Below are positions 17,540 through 28,686 of a stretch of 64,000 nucleotides of DNA, in pieces. The translations under genes were made by a program, and so were the position numbers. The notes beneath the pieces were generated by a model. It saw only the letters and a list, made by a program, of their open reading frames with translations. It did no database searches and was not told the origin of the DNA. Within the stretch, counting starts at the first letter, position 1. Every line of letters begins with the position of its first letter. The DNA is from Candidatus Rokuibacteriota bacterium (lineage in GTDB: Bacteria; JAUVQV01; DATDCY01): positions 48,574 through 112,573 of the forward strand of contig JANOHV010000007.1 in assembly GCA_031406795.1 (NCBI GenBank). Reading direction: 5' to 3'.

Positions 17540-19225
17540 CTACTTCGCCGGAGCCGCCGCCGGTGCGGCCGCGGGCGTGGCGGCCGGCGCCGTTGCCGCG
17601 GGCGGGTTCAGGGCGTCGTTGATGATCTTGATGCCCTTCTGCGACTCATCGATCGACTTCGCGATCGACTCGCGCGCCAGCTCCGGGTTGTGGTAGCCGT
17701 CCGAGTTCTCGGCGGTCCAGTACTCCCAGAGGATGTGCGCCCGCAGGTGCTGGTCCTGCGCCTGCTTGATCACGTCGGCGGCAAGGCCGGCCTTCTTGCC
17801 CTCGACGATCTTGTCGATCAGGGCCGAAAGCCAGAACTCTGCCTTGCGCAGCTTGCCGCGGGTGTAGGCCTTCACCGAGTCGATCGCGTACTTTGCGGTC
17901 TCCTCGGTGTATTCCTTGTGGCATTTCAGGCAGGTCTCCTTGAGCTGGTAGCGCGGCGAGACGGCGAAGTGCGAGGTGTACTCCTTGCCGCTCTTCGGGT
18001 CCTTGCGCTTCGGCGTGTGGCAGTCGTCGCAGGAGACGCCGCCTTTGGCGTGCTTGGAGTTGTAGAAGCTCTCGGCCTCCGGGTGCTGGGCCTTCCAGAG
18101 CAGGCCGCCCGTGAGCGTGTGCTTGAAGTCGCCGAACGCGATCTGGTTCACGTAGTGGTCGTAGAGTCCGAGAACGTCCTTGTAGGGGAAGTGGTTGGTG
18201 CGCGCGTCGTCGAACTTCACCGGCTGCCCGGTCTTCAGGTCGGTGCCGGGGTTGCAGTTGTACTCGACGTGGCACTGCCCGCACAGCAGCCGCGAGTCGT
18301 ACTTCTCGAGCAGGGCGATCTTGCGCGTGAACCCGCGCACCCCCATGTCGATCACCTCGATCTTCGTGCGCTTCTCGTCCTTGTGCCAGAGCGTGTCGGC
18401 CTCCGGGCGGGTCAGCGCCTGGATCAGCCCGTCGCGCACGATCCGGGGCTTCGCGGCGTGGGGGTCGTGGCACATGAAGCAGTTCAGGGCGTGCTCGATC
18501 GTGCGGGCCACGTCGACCACGTTCGAGGCGCGCGAGAACTTGGCGCCCTTGGCGGCCGGGTCGCCGAGGTAGGCCCAGTCGAGGATCTGGTCCTGGGACT
18601 TGCACTGCATGCAGGTCGCGTTCGCGGCGGCGGCGGTCTGGGGCATCCAGGCCTTCTGCTCGTTGGTCTCCGGGTGCGTGTCGACCAGGTACTCCCAGGT
18701 CGTCTTGCCGGTCTTCTCGGTGACGTAGTGCCAGCCGTTCTTCGGCTGGAAGCGTCCGCCGAAGGCGCGGTCGACGGCGAACTGGTCGACGACCATCCAG
18801 GCGTGGCTGCGCGTCAGGTTGTGCTCTTTTGTGAAGCCGTGCCCCATCATCAACTTGTCCCAGAAGGGGTTCGGCGAGCGACCCGTCAGCTGGCTCTTCT
18901 CGTCGCGCGCGGGGCGGTGGTAGGACATCTCGAGGAAGCTCTCGTACTGCGCCTTGTGGCAGGAGCCGCAGACTTCCGGGCCCATCCTGGTGACCGGGCG
19001 GGTCTTCTCGTCGGCGAGGTGCTTGTCGATCCCGTCGTGGCACTTCTCGCAGCCGACCTTGGTGTGCTTGCCGCCGGCGTGGAGTTTTTCGATGGTGTCG
19101 TGACAACCGTAGCAGTCCGCGATCTTGAAGCCCGGGCCGGCCTTGGCCGCCCCGGCGTCGGTGGCGCTGAGCGCAATCAGCGCCGCGGCAGCGACGAACC
19201 AGGCAACAGCAGGTTTCCGCGTCAT
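17540..19225 (-). CDS. Secreted octaheme c-type cytochrome of the ONR/NrfA-like nitrite-reductase family (3 CXXCH + CXXCK + 4 CXXCH) with a Pro/Ala-rich C-terminal tail
   Basis: ORF 17540..19252, trimmed to MTRKPAVAWFVAAAALIALSA (ATG 19225, GGGGGGAG SD). Haem motifs CYGCH, CEKCH, CGSCH, CMQCK, CFMCH, CGQCH, CDDCH, CLKCH in the same order as octaheme nitrite reductase (TvNiR-type: three extra N-terminal haems, then the Lys-ligated catalytic haem, then four). Tail NPPAATAPAATPAAAPAAAPAK. Confidence 0.85.
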   Translation of the reverse strand: MTRKPAVAWFVAAAALIALSATDAGAAKAGPGFKIADCYGCHDTIEKLHAGGKHTKVGCEKCHDGIDKHLADEKTRPVTRMGPEVCGSCHKAQYESFLEMSYHRPARDEKSQLTGRSPNPFWDKLMMGHGFTKEHNLTRSHAWMVVDQFAVDRAFGGRFQPKNGWHYVTEKTGKTTWEYLVDTHPETNEQKAWMPQTAAAANATCMQCKSQDQILDWAYLGDPAAKGAKFSRASNVVDVARTIEHALNCFMCHDPHAAKPRIVRDGLIQALTRPEADTLWHKDEKRTKIEVIDMGVRGFTRKIALLEKYDSRLLCGQCHVEYNCNPGTDLKTGQPVKFDDARTNHFPYKDVLGLYDHYVNQIAFGDFKHTLTGGLLWKAQHPEAESFYNSKHAKGGVSCDDCHTPKRKDPKSGKEYTSHFAVSPRYQLKETCLKCHKEYTEETAKYAIDSVKAYTRGKLRKAEFWLSALIDKIVEGKKAGLAADVIKQAQDQHLRAHILWEYWTAENSDGYHNPELARESIAKSIDESQKGIKIINDALNPPAATAPAATPAAAPAAAPAK

Positions 19226-19473
19226 GGTAGCTCCCCCCCGTTGGATGTCCAACCGCCCGACGGACGGTTGCCCGACCAGCGAAACCTCACGAAACCCAGA
19301 GTGGCGGATCCCTCATCAGGCACCTCACGCGAGCAGTGGTGCAATGAGCCGGTGTTCACAAGCAATGTATTCCCGAACGGGGGCAGCGGTCAAGCAACGC
19401 TTGCAGCGAGCAGCACGGTCCGGTATGAGCCACGAGACCCGAAAGACAAGACCTGGGAACAAACCTGCCTCAA

Positions 19474-19500
19474 CTGATCCGCGCGTTACGCGCGGATCAG
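19474..19500. promoter_or_regulatory. Perfect palindrome CTGATCCGCGCG-TTA-CGCGCGGATCAG in the divergent promoter region between the octaheme cytochrome and the FKBP gene
   Basis: Seen directly. A TACTATAAT -10-like box follows at 19511-19519, upstream of the FKBP gene (SD GAGGAGGAG). Confidence 0.5.
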
Positions 19501-19553
19501 GGTCATTTGTACTATAATCGGCGCGGCACGATCAACTTCGAGGAGGAGTACCG

Positions 19554-19982
19554 ATGGCACAGGTGAAGAAGGGGGACCGGGTGAAATTCAATTACTCGCT
19601 CACCCTCAAGGACGGGAAGGTTTTCGAATCGAACATGGGGCAGGCGCCGCTGGAGATCGCCGTCGGCAAGGGCAAGGCGATCAAGGGGCTGGAGAACGGA
19701 CTCATCGGCATGAGCCCCGGCCAGACCAAGACCGTGGTCGTCAAACCGGCGGACGGCTACGGAGCCAAGGACCCGGCGTTCGTGTGGACCGTGCCGCTCG
19801 GCGAACTGCCGGCCGGGACGGCGGTCGCCCTCGAGAGCGAAGTCGGCTTCGCTCGCGCGGACGGGTCGCGCGTCGAGGGCCGGATCGCGAAGATCGACGG
19901 CGACCAGGTGACGGTCGACGGCAATCACCCGCTGGCGGGGCGCAATCTCACCTTCGAAATCAAGCTGGCCTCCATCGGCTGA
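19554..19982 (+). CDS. FKBP-type peptidyl-prolyl cis-trans isomerase (SlyD/FkpB-like)
   Basis: 142 aa, MAQVKKGDRVKFNYSLTLKDGKVFESN...LEIAVGKGKAIKGLENGLIGMSPGQTKTVVVKPADGYG; classic FKBP fold with an IF-domain insert. Confidence 0.85.
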   Translation: MAQVKKGDRVKFNYSLTLKDGKVFESNMGQAPLEIAVGKGKAIKGLENGLIGMSPGQTKTVVVKPADGYGAKDPAFVWTVPLGELPAGTAVALESEVGFARADGSRVEGRIAKIDGDQVTVDGNHPLAGRNLTFEIKLASIG

Positions 19983-19985
19983 CCC

Positions 19986-20465
19986 GTGAAGATCGGGATA
20001 CTGTCGGATTCGCACGACGACATGGCCGCCATCGCGAAGGCGGTCGCGCTCTTCAACGCCGAGGGGGTGGTGCAGGTGCTGCACGCGGGGGACATCGTCT
20101 CACCCTTCACCTTCGAGATCTTCCGCGATCTGCAGGCGCCGCTCGGGGGTGTCTTCGGCAACAACGACGGCGATCGGCTGCTCCTGCGCGAGCGTTCGGC
20201 CGGAGCCCTGCATGTGCAGCCGCATTTCGTGAGCCTCGACGGCATGCGGGGGGTGATCGTGCACGAACCGCCCCTGGTGAAGTCGCTGGCGCGAAGCGGC
20301 GACTTCGACCTGGTGGTCTACGGGCATACGCACGTGCCAGACGTGCACCGGGAGGGGTCGTCGCTCGTGCTCAATCCCGGCAAGGCGGCGTGCCTGAACA
20401 AGGGGCGCGCGACCGTGGCGGTGCTGGAAACCGAGACCCGCGAGGCCCGGATCATCGAGTTATAG
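19986..20465 (+). CDS. YfcE/MJ0936-family metallophosphoesterase
   Basis: 159 aa (GTG start). MKIGILSDSHDDMAAI...VLHAGDIVSP...GNNDGD...VYGHTHVP. Confidence 0.8.
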   Translation: MKIGILSDSHDDMAAIAKAVALFNAEGVVQVLHAGDIVSPFTFEIFRDLQAPLGGVFGNNDGDRLLLRERSAGALHVQPHFVSLDGMRGVIVHEPPLVKSLARSGDFDLVVYGHTHVPDVHREGSSLVLNPGKAACLNKGRATVAVLETETREARIIEL

Positions 20466-20849
20466 CAGGTGCTTGCGGACGATCTCCACGAGCGAGCGCG
20501 GTTGAAAGGGCTTGTCGAGGTAAGCGATGCACCCGGCTTCCAGCGCCTTCTCTTCATAGATCTGGCGCGGAAAGGCCGAGAAGGCGATGACAGGCAGCGT
20601 CCGGTAGCGCTCCTGGGTCTTGATGCGCCGGCAAAAGGTCAGACCATCTTCGCCCGGAAGCGCGAGGTCGAGCAGGATCAGGTCCACTTGCTCGCTGGCG
20701 AGGATTTTATCAGCCTCCGCGGTGGTGCCCGCGCCGAAGAACGCCAGGCCCGGCTCACCGCGAAAGAGCATTTCGACCGCCATCAGGTGGTCGGGCTCGT
20801 CCTCGACGGCGAGGATGCCCCTGACCCGGGTGGGTTCTGAGGTAGTCAT
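20460..20849 (-). CDS. Single-domain response regulator (CheY-like REC)
   Basis: ORF 20460..21050, trimmed to MTTSEPTRVRGILAVEDEPDH (ATG 20849). Motifs DLILLDLALPGEDG and IAFSAF...K. The long N-terminal extension of the ORF is unsupported. Confidence 0.75.
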   Translation of the reverse strand: MTTSEPTRVRGILAVEDEPDHLMAVEMLFRGEPGLAFFGAGTTAEADKILASEQVDLILLDLALPGEDGLTFCRRIKTQERYRTLPVIAFSAFPRQIYEEKALEAGCIAYLDKPFQPRSLVEIVRKHLL

Positions 20850-21016
20850 TGGCGGATTGTCGCCCTGACCCTCGCTTCTGTCAACAGCCTCCGCGAGCAG
20901 CGCTACCGGGAGGCCCCCGCAATCCGCGCTCCCGCCGCGGCAACCGTCCGGGAATCGGGTAGAATGCGCGGCAACTGTCCACGGGGCCACTGCGATCAAC
21001 CACCGAGGGGTAGGCC

Positions 21017-22168
21017 ATGAAGAAGACCGCCGCGTTACTCGCCGCAGCAATCCTGTACGGAGCCGCCGGCGCCCGCGCCGAGAGCGTGCGCATCGGCGTC
21101 ATCGCCGAGATCACCGGCGACATGCCCGCCGTCGGCGCCTCCTGCCGCAACGCCGCCGAGATGGCGGTGAAGGAGGTCAACGCCGCGGGCGGGATCAATG
21201 TCGGCGGGAAGAAGCTCAAGGTCGAGCTGTTCGTCGAGGACAACGGCGGCAAGGCCGACCAGTCGGCCGCGGCGGCGCAGAAGCTGATCACCCAGGAGGA
21301 GGTCGTCGCGATCATCGGCCCGAACGCCAGCCGCTACGCGATCCCGGCCTCCGAGATCGCCGAGGGCAACCAGACGATCTTCATCACCCCGTGGTCGACG
21401 AACCCCAAGACTACGCTCGACGCCGTGACCGGCAAACCGAAACGCTATGCCTTCCGCTCCTGCTTCATCGACCCCTTCCAGGGCAAGGTCCTGGCGCGCT
21501 TCGCGGCCGAGACGATGAAGGCGAAGAAGGCCGCGGTGCTCTACGATGTCGCTTCGGACTACAACAAGGGGATCGCCGAGGTCTTCAAGGCGGATTACGA
21601 GAAACTCGGCGGCAAGGTCGTGGCCTTCGAGACCTACACGACCAACGACCGGGATTTCTCGGCGCAGCTCACGAAGATCAAGGCCGCCGCGCCGGACGTC
21701 GTCTTCCTGCCGAACTACTACAGCGAGGTGCCGCTGCAGGTGCAGCAGGCCCACCGGCTCGGCATCACGGCGCCTTTTCTCGGCAGCGACTCCTGGGGCA
21801 GCGCGGAACTGCTGAAGCTCGGCGGCGCGGATCTCGAGGGCTATTACTTCTCGACGCACTACTCCGCCGAAAACGCCGCGCCCGCCGCGGTGAAATTCAT
21901 CGCCGGCTATACGAAAGCGTACGGCGCCACCCCGGACGACGTAGCGGCGCTCACCTGGGACGCGTTCGGCCTGCTGTTTACGGCGATCGGCAACGCCGGC
22001 AAGACCGACCGCGAAGCGGTGCGCAACGCCCTGGCGAAGCTGCCGGGCTACGCGGGGGTCACCGGGGACATGAAGTTCCAGGACGGCTCCGGCGACCCGA
22101 TCAAGAGCGCCGTGATCCTGCAGATCAAGGGCGGCAAGTTCGTCTACGTGACGAACGCCCAGCCGTAG
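21017..22168 (+). CDS. livK: Branched-chain amino acid ABC transporter substrate-binding protein (LivK/LivJ family), signal peptide
   Basis: 383 aa, MKKTAALLAAAILYGAAGARA signal peptide, periplasmic-binding-protein type I fold motifs. First gene of a livKHMGF-like operon. Confidence 0.9.
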   Translation: MKKTAALLAAAILYGAAGARAESVRIGVIAEITGDMPAVGASCRNAAEMAVKEVNAAGGINVGGKKLKVELFVEDNGGKADQSAAAAQKLITQEEVVAIIGPNASRYAIPASEIAEGNQTIFITPWSTNPKTTLDAVTGKPKRYAFRSCFIDPFQGKVLARFAAETMKAKKAAVLYDVASDYNKGIAEVFKADYEKLGGKVVAFETYTTNDRDFSAQLTKIKAAAPDVVFLPNYYSEVPLQVQQAHRLGITAPFLGSDSWGSAELLKLGGADLEGYYFSTHYSAENAAPAAVKFIAGYTKAYGATPDDVAALTWDAFGLLFTAIGNAGKTDREAVRNALAKLPGYAGVTGDMKFQDGSGDPIKSAVILQIKGGKFVYVTNAQP

Positions 22169-22231
22169 GTTGGCAGTTCTTCGAGCGCCTCCTGAGCTGA
22201 GCGGGCGCGTTCAGGAAACCGGGGACCGGTG

Positions 22232-23119
22232 ATGGAATCCCGCCTCGTCTACGCGCTGCAGCAGAGCCTCAACGCCCTGCAGCTCGGGAGCATTTACGCG
22301 CTGATTGCGCTGGGCTACACCATGGTCTACGGCGTGCTGACCATGATCAACTTCGCCCATGGCGACGTCTTCATGGTCGGGGCGTTCCTCTGCTTCGCGG
22401 CCGCGTCGCTTGCCGGCCTGCCGTTCGTGCCGACGCTGCTGGCCGCCATGCTCGGCGCCGCGGTGCTCGGCGTCGCGATCGAGCGGCTCGCCTACCGCCC
22501 GCTGCGCAACGCGCCGCGCGTCTCGGCGATCATCACCGCGCTCGGCGTCGGCATCTTCCTCGAAAACTTCCTGCTGGCCCTCAACCCCTATCCGCGCAGC
22601 ATCCCGAAGCTCTTCGGCGAAGGGGCCTGGAGCGCCGGCGGGCTCTCGTTCTCCTCGCTGCAGATCCTGATCGTGGTCGTCTCGCTCGCGCTGATGCTGC
22701 TGCTCGACCGGCTCGTGCACCACACGATGCTCGGCACGGCGATGCGGGCCGTCTCCTTCGACCGCGCCTTCGTGCCGCTGATGGGGGTACCGGTGGACCT
22801 GGTGATCTCGGCGACCTTTGCGATCGGCGCCGGTCTCGCCGGCGCGGCCGGCACTCTCTACGCCATGGCCTACCCGGTGATCGACCCGTACATGGGGATC
22901 ATGGTCGGCTGGAAGGCCTTCATCGCGGCGGTCATCGGCGGGATCGGCAACATCCGCGGCGCGATGATCGGGGCGTTCATCCTCGGCACCACCGAGATCA
23001 TGGTCGCGGCGTTCCTCCCCTCGACCTATCGCGACTTTGTGGCCTTCACCTTCCTGCTCGTGCTGCTGGTCGCGCGGCCCTACGGCATCCTCGGCCAGCC
23101 CCGCATCCAAAAGGTATGA
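22232..23119 (+). CDS. livH: Branched-chain amino acid ABC transporter permease LivH
   Basis: MESRLVYALQQSLNALQLGSIYALIALGYTMVYGVLTMINFAHGD...; canonical LivH N-terminus. Stop overlaps the livM ATG. Confidence 0.9.
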   Translation: MESRLVYALQQSLNALQLGSIYALIALGYTMVYGVLTMINFAHGDVFMVGAFLCFAAASLAGLPFVPTLLAAMLGAAVLGVAIERLAYRPLRNAPRVSAIITALGVGIFLENFLLALNPYPRSIPKLFGEGAWSAGGLSFSSLQILIVVVSLALMLLLDRLVHHTMLGTAMRAVSFDRAFVPLMGVPVDLVISATFAIGAGLAGAAGTLYAMAYPVIDPYMGIMVGWKAFIAAVIGGIGNIRGAMIGAFILGTTEIMVAAFLPSTYRDFVAFTFLLVLLVARPYGILGQPRIQKV

Positions 23120-24234
23120 TGAGAGAGAGAATAGCGCTTCCCGTGATCGTGGTTGCCGGGCTCGCGCTCTCGTTCGCGATCCCCGCCTATGGCCTTGTCA
23201 ACAAGTACCAGCAGATGATCCTGATGTACGTGGGCATCAACATCATCCTCGCGGTCAGTCTGAACCTGGTGAACGGCTACATGGGGGAGTTTTCGCTCGG
23301 CAGCGCGGGTTTCATGGCGGTCGGGGCCTACACCGCATCCGTTGCCACGGTGCGGCTGCTGCCGGCGGCGTGCGTCCACCTGGGGCTGGACCCGGCCGCC
23401 GCGCTCTTCTGGGGGTTCCCCCTTGCCGTGCTCGCCGGCGGGATGATGGCGGCGCTCTTCGGCCTGCTGGTGGCGTTCCCCTCATTCAAGACCCGCGGCG
23501 ACTACCTGGCCCTGGTGACACTCGCCTTCCTGATGATCGTGAAGTCGGCAATCGAAAACCTCGACGTGATCGGCGGCCCCCGGGGATTTCTCGGCATGAA
23601 GCGCCTGACGACGCTCCCCTGGGTCTACGCCTGGACGGTGCTCACGCTGCTGGTGATCCGCAACTTCGTCTACTCGCGCTTCGGCCGCGGCGTGCTCGCC
23701 GTGCGCGAGGACGAAATCGCCGCGGAGCTCACCGGCGTCGACACGCGCCGGGCGAAGTTCCTGGCCTTCACGCTCTCGGCGTTCTTCTCCGGCGTGGCGG
23801 GGGGGCTCTTCGCGCACCTGCTGCAGTTCATCTCGCCGCGGGTCTTCGACATCATCAAGTCCACCGACGTGCTGATCATGGTTTATCTCGGCGGGATCGC
23901 CTCGATCGGCGGCTCGGTGCTCGGCGCGACGCTCTACACGGTGCTGCTCGAGGCGCTGCGACCCTCGGCGGTGGCCTGGGCGTTCGGCTGGCTGCCGGCG
24001 GCGCTGTTCGAGCCGCTGAACACCCACGTCATTTCGCACCTCAATGTCTGGCGGATGGTGATCATGCCGCTGCTGCTCGTGCTGGTCATGCTCTACCGGC
24101 CGCGGGGGATCATGGGGCTGCGGGAGCTGCGCTGGCTCGTGCCGCGGCGGGATCGCGACGCTCTGGGAAAAGGGCTCCACCCGCCGTGCGCCTCCCCGCG
24201 GCTGCCGGGCGAGCCGGGAGGCGGCGTGAGATGA
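23116..24234 (+). CDS. livM: Branched-chain amino acid ABC transporter permease LivM
   Basis: 372 aa, ...MYVGINIILAVSLNLVNGYMGEFSLGSAGFMAVGAYTAS...; stop overlaps the livG ATG. Confidence 0.9.
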   Translation: MMRERIALPVIVVAGLALSFAIPAYGLVNKYQQMILMYVGINIILAVSLNLVNGYMGEFSLGSAGFMAVGAYTASVATVRLLPAACVHLGLDPAAALFWGFPLAVLAGGMMAALFGLLVAFPSFKTRGDYLALVTLAFLMIVKSAIENLDVIGGPRGFLGMKRLTTLPWVYAWTVLTLLVIRNFVYSRFGRGVLAVREDEIAAELTGVDTRRAKFLAFTLSAFFSGVAGGLFAHLLQFISPRVFDIIKSTDVLIMVYLGGIASIGGSVLGATLYTVLLEALRPSAVAWAFGWLPAALFEPLNTHVISHLNVWRMVIMPLLLVLVMLYRPRGIMGLRELRWLVPRRDRDALGKGLHPPCASPRLPGEPGGGVR

Positions 24235-25031
24235 CGGCACCGCTGCTCGAGATCGGCGGCCTCTCGCACTATTTCGGTGGTCTCTGCGCCGTGCAGGAGT
24301 TCTCGCTGGACATCGCGCCGGGGGAACTCGTGGGGCTGATCGGACCGAATGGCGCCGGCAAGACGACGGTCTTCAACTTGATCACCGGCGTCTACCGGGC
24401 TTCCGCCGGCAGTATCCGCCTCGGCGGCCAGGAGCTGGTCGGCCGCGCCCCGCACGCCATCGCGCGGCTCGGCGTGGCGCGGACCTTCCAGAACATCCGG
24501 CTCTTTCGGGATCTGCCGGTGCTCGACAACGTGCGCACGGCGCTCGACGGCCACGCGCGCTACGGCGCCTTCGAGGCGCTCGCCAGAATCGGGCGGTTCG
24601 GTGCCGAGGAGCGGCGGACCATCAACGAGGCGCGCGAGCTGCTCGCGCTGCTCAAACTCGAACACCTCGCCGGCGAAGCGGCGTGCAACCTCCCTTACGG
24701 CCTGCAGCGGCGCCTCGAAATCGCCCGCGCGCTCGCGCTGCGCCCCCGGCTGCTGCTGCTCGACGAGCCTGCTGCTGGGATGAATCCCAACGAGATCGGG
24801 CAGCTGATGGAGTTCATCGCCTGGGTGCGCGACCACTTCAGGCTGACGATCCTGCTGATCGAGCACCAGATGCGCCTGGTCATGGGGATTTGCGAGCGCC
24901 TGGCGGTGCTGGACTTCGGCGCGACCATCGCGGCTGGCTCCCCCGCCGAAGTGCGCGCCCATCCGAAAGTGCTCGAGGCGTACCTCGGCGTCGAGGAGCC
25001 GGCGTTCGGGCAGGGGGAGACACGGTCGTGA
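24231..25031 (+). CDS. livG: Branched-chain amino acid ABC transporter ATP-binding protein LivG
   Basis: Internal start of ORF 23037..25031 at ATG 24231 ([21 protein letters not shown]...GPNGAGKTT...[12 protein letters not shown]). Confidence 0.9.
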   Translation: MTAPLLEIGGLSHYFGGLCAVQEFSLDIAPGELVGLIGPNGAGKTTVFNLITGVYRASAGSIRLGGQELVGRAPHAIARLGVARTFQNIRLFRDLPVLDNVRTALDGHARYGAFEALARIGRFGAEERRTINEARELLALLKLEHLAGEAACNLPYGLQRRLEIARALALRPRLLLLDEPAAGMNPNEIGQLMEFIAWVRDHFRLTILLIEHQMRLVMGICERLAVLDFGATIAAGSPAEVRAHPKVLEAYLGVEEPAFGQGETRS

Positions 25032-25774
25032 GCCTCGGCGAATCACTGCTTGAAGTGCGCGACCTCGGCGTCGCCTACGGCGGGATCAGCGCCGTGCGCG
25101 GGGTCTCGTTCGATGTCCGCCGCGGCGAGATTATGACGCTCATCGGCGGCAACGGCGCCGGCAAGAGTTCGATCCTGCGCGCGATCTCGGGGCTGGTGCC
25201 GCGCGCGGGCAGGGTACTCTACGAGGGGCGGGACCTGGCCCGGGTCCCGGCGCACGCCATCGTCGGGCTCGGCATCGCCCACGTTCCGGAGGGGCGGGGG
25301 ATCTTCGGCAATCTCACCGTGGCGGAGAACCTGCGCCTCGCCACCTGGCAGCGCCGCTTCGGGCCGGGCCGGAAGCGGGGGAGGGTGGGCGCTGAAATCG
25401 CGGCGGACCTCGAACGGGTCTTCGCGATCTTCCCGCGCCTCAAGGAGCGGCTGCGTCAGCCGGGCGGCACCCTCTCGGGCGGCGAGCAGCAGATGCTGGC
25501 GGTCGGCCGTGCGCTGATGTGCCGCCCAAGCCTGCTGCTGCTCGACGAGCCCTCGATGGGCCTCGCGCCGCTGCTGGTGCGGGAGATCTTCCGGGTCCTC
25601 GCTGAGATCAACGCGGCGGGGACCACGATCCTGCTGGTGGAACAGAATGCCAACATGGCCCTGCGCACCGCGCACCGCGCGCACGTACTGGAGATCGGCG
25701 CGATCGTCAGAAGCGGGAGCGGCGCGGAGCTGCTCGGGGACCCGGCGGTTCGAGCCGCCTATCTGGGAGGGTGA
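25028..25774 (+). CDS. livF: Branched-chain amino acid ABC transporter ATP-binding protein LivF
   Basis: GTG 25028 overlaps the livG stop. (V)[47 protein letters not shown]...LSGGEQQMLAVGRAL...LLLDEPSMGLAP. Confidence 0.85.
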   Translation: MSLGESLLEVRDLGVAYGGISAVRGVSFDVRRGEIMTLIGGNGAGKSSILRAISGLVPRAGRVLYEGRDLARVPAHAIVGLGIAHVPEGRGIFGNLTVAENLRLATWQRRFGPGRKRGRVGAEIAADLERVFAIFPRLKERLRQPGGTLSGGEQQMLAVGRALMCRPSLLLLDEPSMGLAPLLVREIFRVLAEINAAGTTILLVEQNANMALRTAHRAHVLEIGAIVRSGSGAELLGDPAVRAAYLGG

Positions 25775-26541
25775 CGACGATGGCACGGAAGAACGACCGC
25801 GAGTCCCCGTCGCTGACGGCGCGGATCAAACGACGGGCTGCCGGCTGGGGAGCGGACCTCTGCGGCGTGGCCGACCTCGCGCCCTTCCGGGAGTACGAGA
25901 CGATTCCCGCGGGCCTGCTCGAGCCGTACACGCGCGCTGTCTCTTTCGCGCTGCGGGTTCCGGCCGGAGTCTTCGAGACGGTCACCGACCGACCGACGCC
26001 TCTTTACGCAGCCGTCTACCTGACGGCGAACCGCCTCCTCGACGACATCGCGTTCCGGACGGCGGCCTTCCTCCAGGACGAAGGTTTCAGGAGCCTCCCG
26101 ATCCCCGCGTCGCAGGTGCTGGACCGCGAAGACTGGCGGGGCGCGATCTCGCACAAGGCGGTCGCCCGCATGGCCGGGATCGGCTGGCAGGGGAAGAACC
26201 TGCTGCTGGTCACGCAGAAGCACGGCTCGCGGGTGCGCCTCGTCACGGTGCTCACGAACGCGCCGCTCGCCGTCGACGGCCCGCTGAAGAACCGCTGTGG
26301 AAGCTGCACGGCCTGCCGCGACGCCTGCCCCTCCGGCGCGATCCGCGGGGTCGGCACGAAGGACCGCTATGCGCGCCGGGGGGATGCGCTGGTTTTCGAG
26401 CGCTGCCGCGACCGGCTGACGCAGGAGAACGCGAAGCTCGTGGACGTCGGCGTGCCGATCTGCGGCGTCTGCATCAGGGTCTGCCCGTTCGGGAAGCCAA
26501 AACCCGTGGCCGGCGGACGGAAACTTGAACTTCCCGGGTGA
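25771..26541 (+). CDS. QueG-like (epoxyqueuosine reductase family) 4Fe-4S protein, short form lacking the C-terminal HEAT-like region
   Basis: 256 aa. ..GIGWQGKNLLLVTQKHGSRVRLVTVLTNAPL...CGSCTACRDACPSGAI...CGVCIRVCPFG resembles the QueG cobalamin/Fe-S core. Only 256 aa versus ~380 for canonical QueG. Confidence 0.5.
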   Translation: MTTMARKNDRESPSLTARIKRRAAGWGADLCGVADLAPFREYETIPAGLLEPYTRAVSFALRVPAGVFETVTDRPTPLYAAVYLTANRLLDDIAFRTAAFLQDEGFRSLPIPASQVLDREDWRGAISHKAVARMAGIGWQGKNLLLVTQKHGSRVRLVTVLTNAPLAVDGPLKNRCGSCTACRDACPSGAIRGVGTKDRYARRGDALVFERCRDRLTQENAKLVDVGVPICGVCIRVCPFGKPKPVAGGRKLELPG

Positions 26542-26599
26542 TCCGGGCAGAATCAAACCCCTTGAAAACGAGCACTGAACCCGCACCGAAGGTGGAGAC

Positions 26600-28282
<1,683 letters not shown>

Positions 28283-28293
28283 GAGCCGGCCGG

Positions 28294-28686
28294 CTAGGCC
28301 GGGATGACGGTAATTTCGATGCGGCGGGTGCGGGGGCCGTCGAATTCGCAGAACCAGATCGCCTGCCAGGTGCCGAGGCGCAGGTCGCCGCCGCGAACCG
28401 CGATCGTCTTCTCGCAGCCGACGAGCGTCGACTTGAGGTGCGCGTCGCTGTTGCCTTCGCCGTGGCGGAAGGGCCAGCGGGCGTCGACGATGCGCCCGAG
28501 TCCCATCAGCAGATCGGCGGGGACGTCCGGGTCGGAGTTTTCGTTCACGGTGATCCCGGCGGTGGTGTGCGGGCACCAGACGTGGCACAACCCGTCCACC
28601 ACGCCGGAGGCCCGGACGGCGCGCCGCACCCCGGCGGTGATGTCCACAAACTGACAGCGCTCCGCTGTCCTGACGGCAATGTCCAC
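28294..28686 (-). CDS. yjbQ: YjbQ/UPF0047-family protein (secondary thiamine-phosphate synthase fold)
   Basis: ORF 28294..28959, trimmed to GTG 28686 (VDIAVRTAERCQFVDIT...CHVWCPHTTAGITVNENSDPDV...NSDAHLKSTLVGCEKTI). The upstream ~90 aa of the ORF is low-complexity. Confidence 0.7.
   Translation of the reverse strand: MDIAVRTAERCQFVDITAGVRRAVRASGVVDGLCHVWCPHTTAGITVNENSDPDVPADLLMGLGRIVDARWPFRHGEGNSDAHLKSTLVGCEKTIAVRGGDLRLGTWQAIWFCEFDGPRTRRIEITVIPA

Noticed and set aside
15394-19477. Long alternative-frame or antisense ORFs (15394..17028 -, 16224..17417 +, 17646..19106 -, 17690..19477 +)
   Set aside because: They overlap ptsP and the octaheme cytochrome gene, which have strong family signatures; the translations are Arg/Pro/Gly-rich low complexity.
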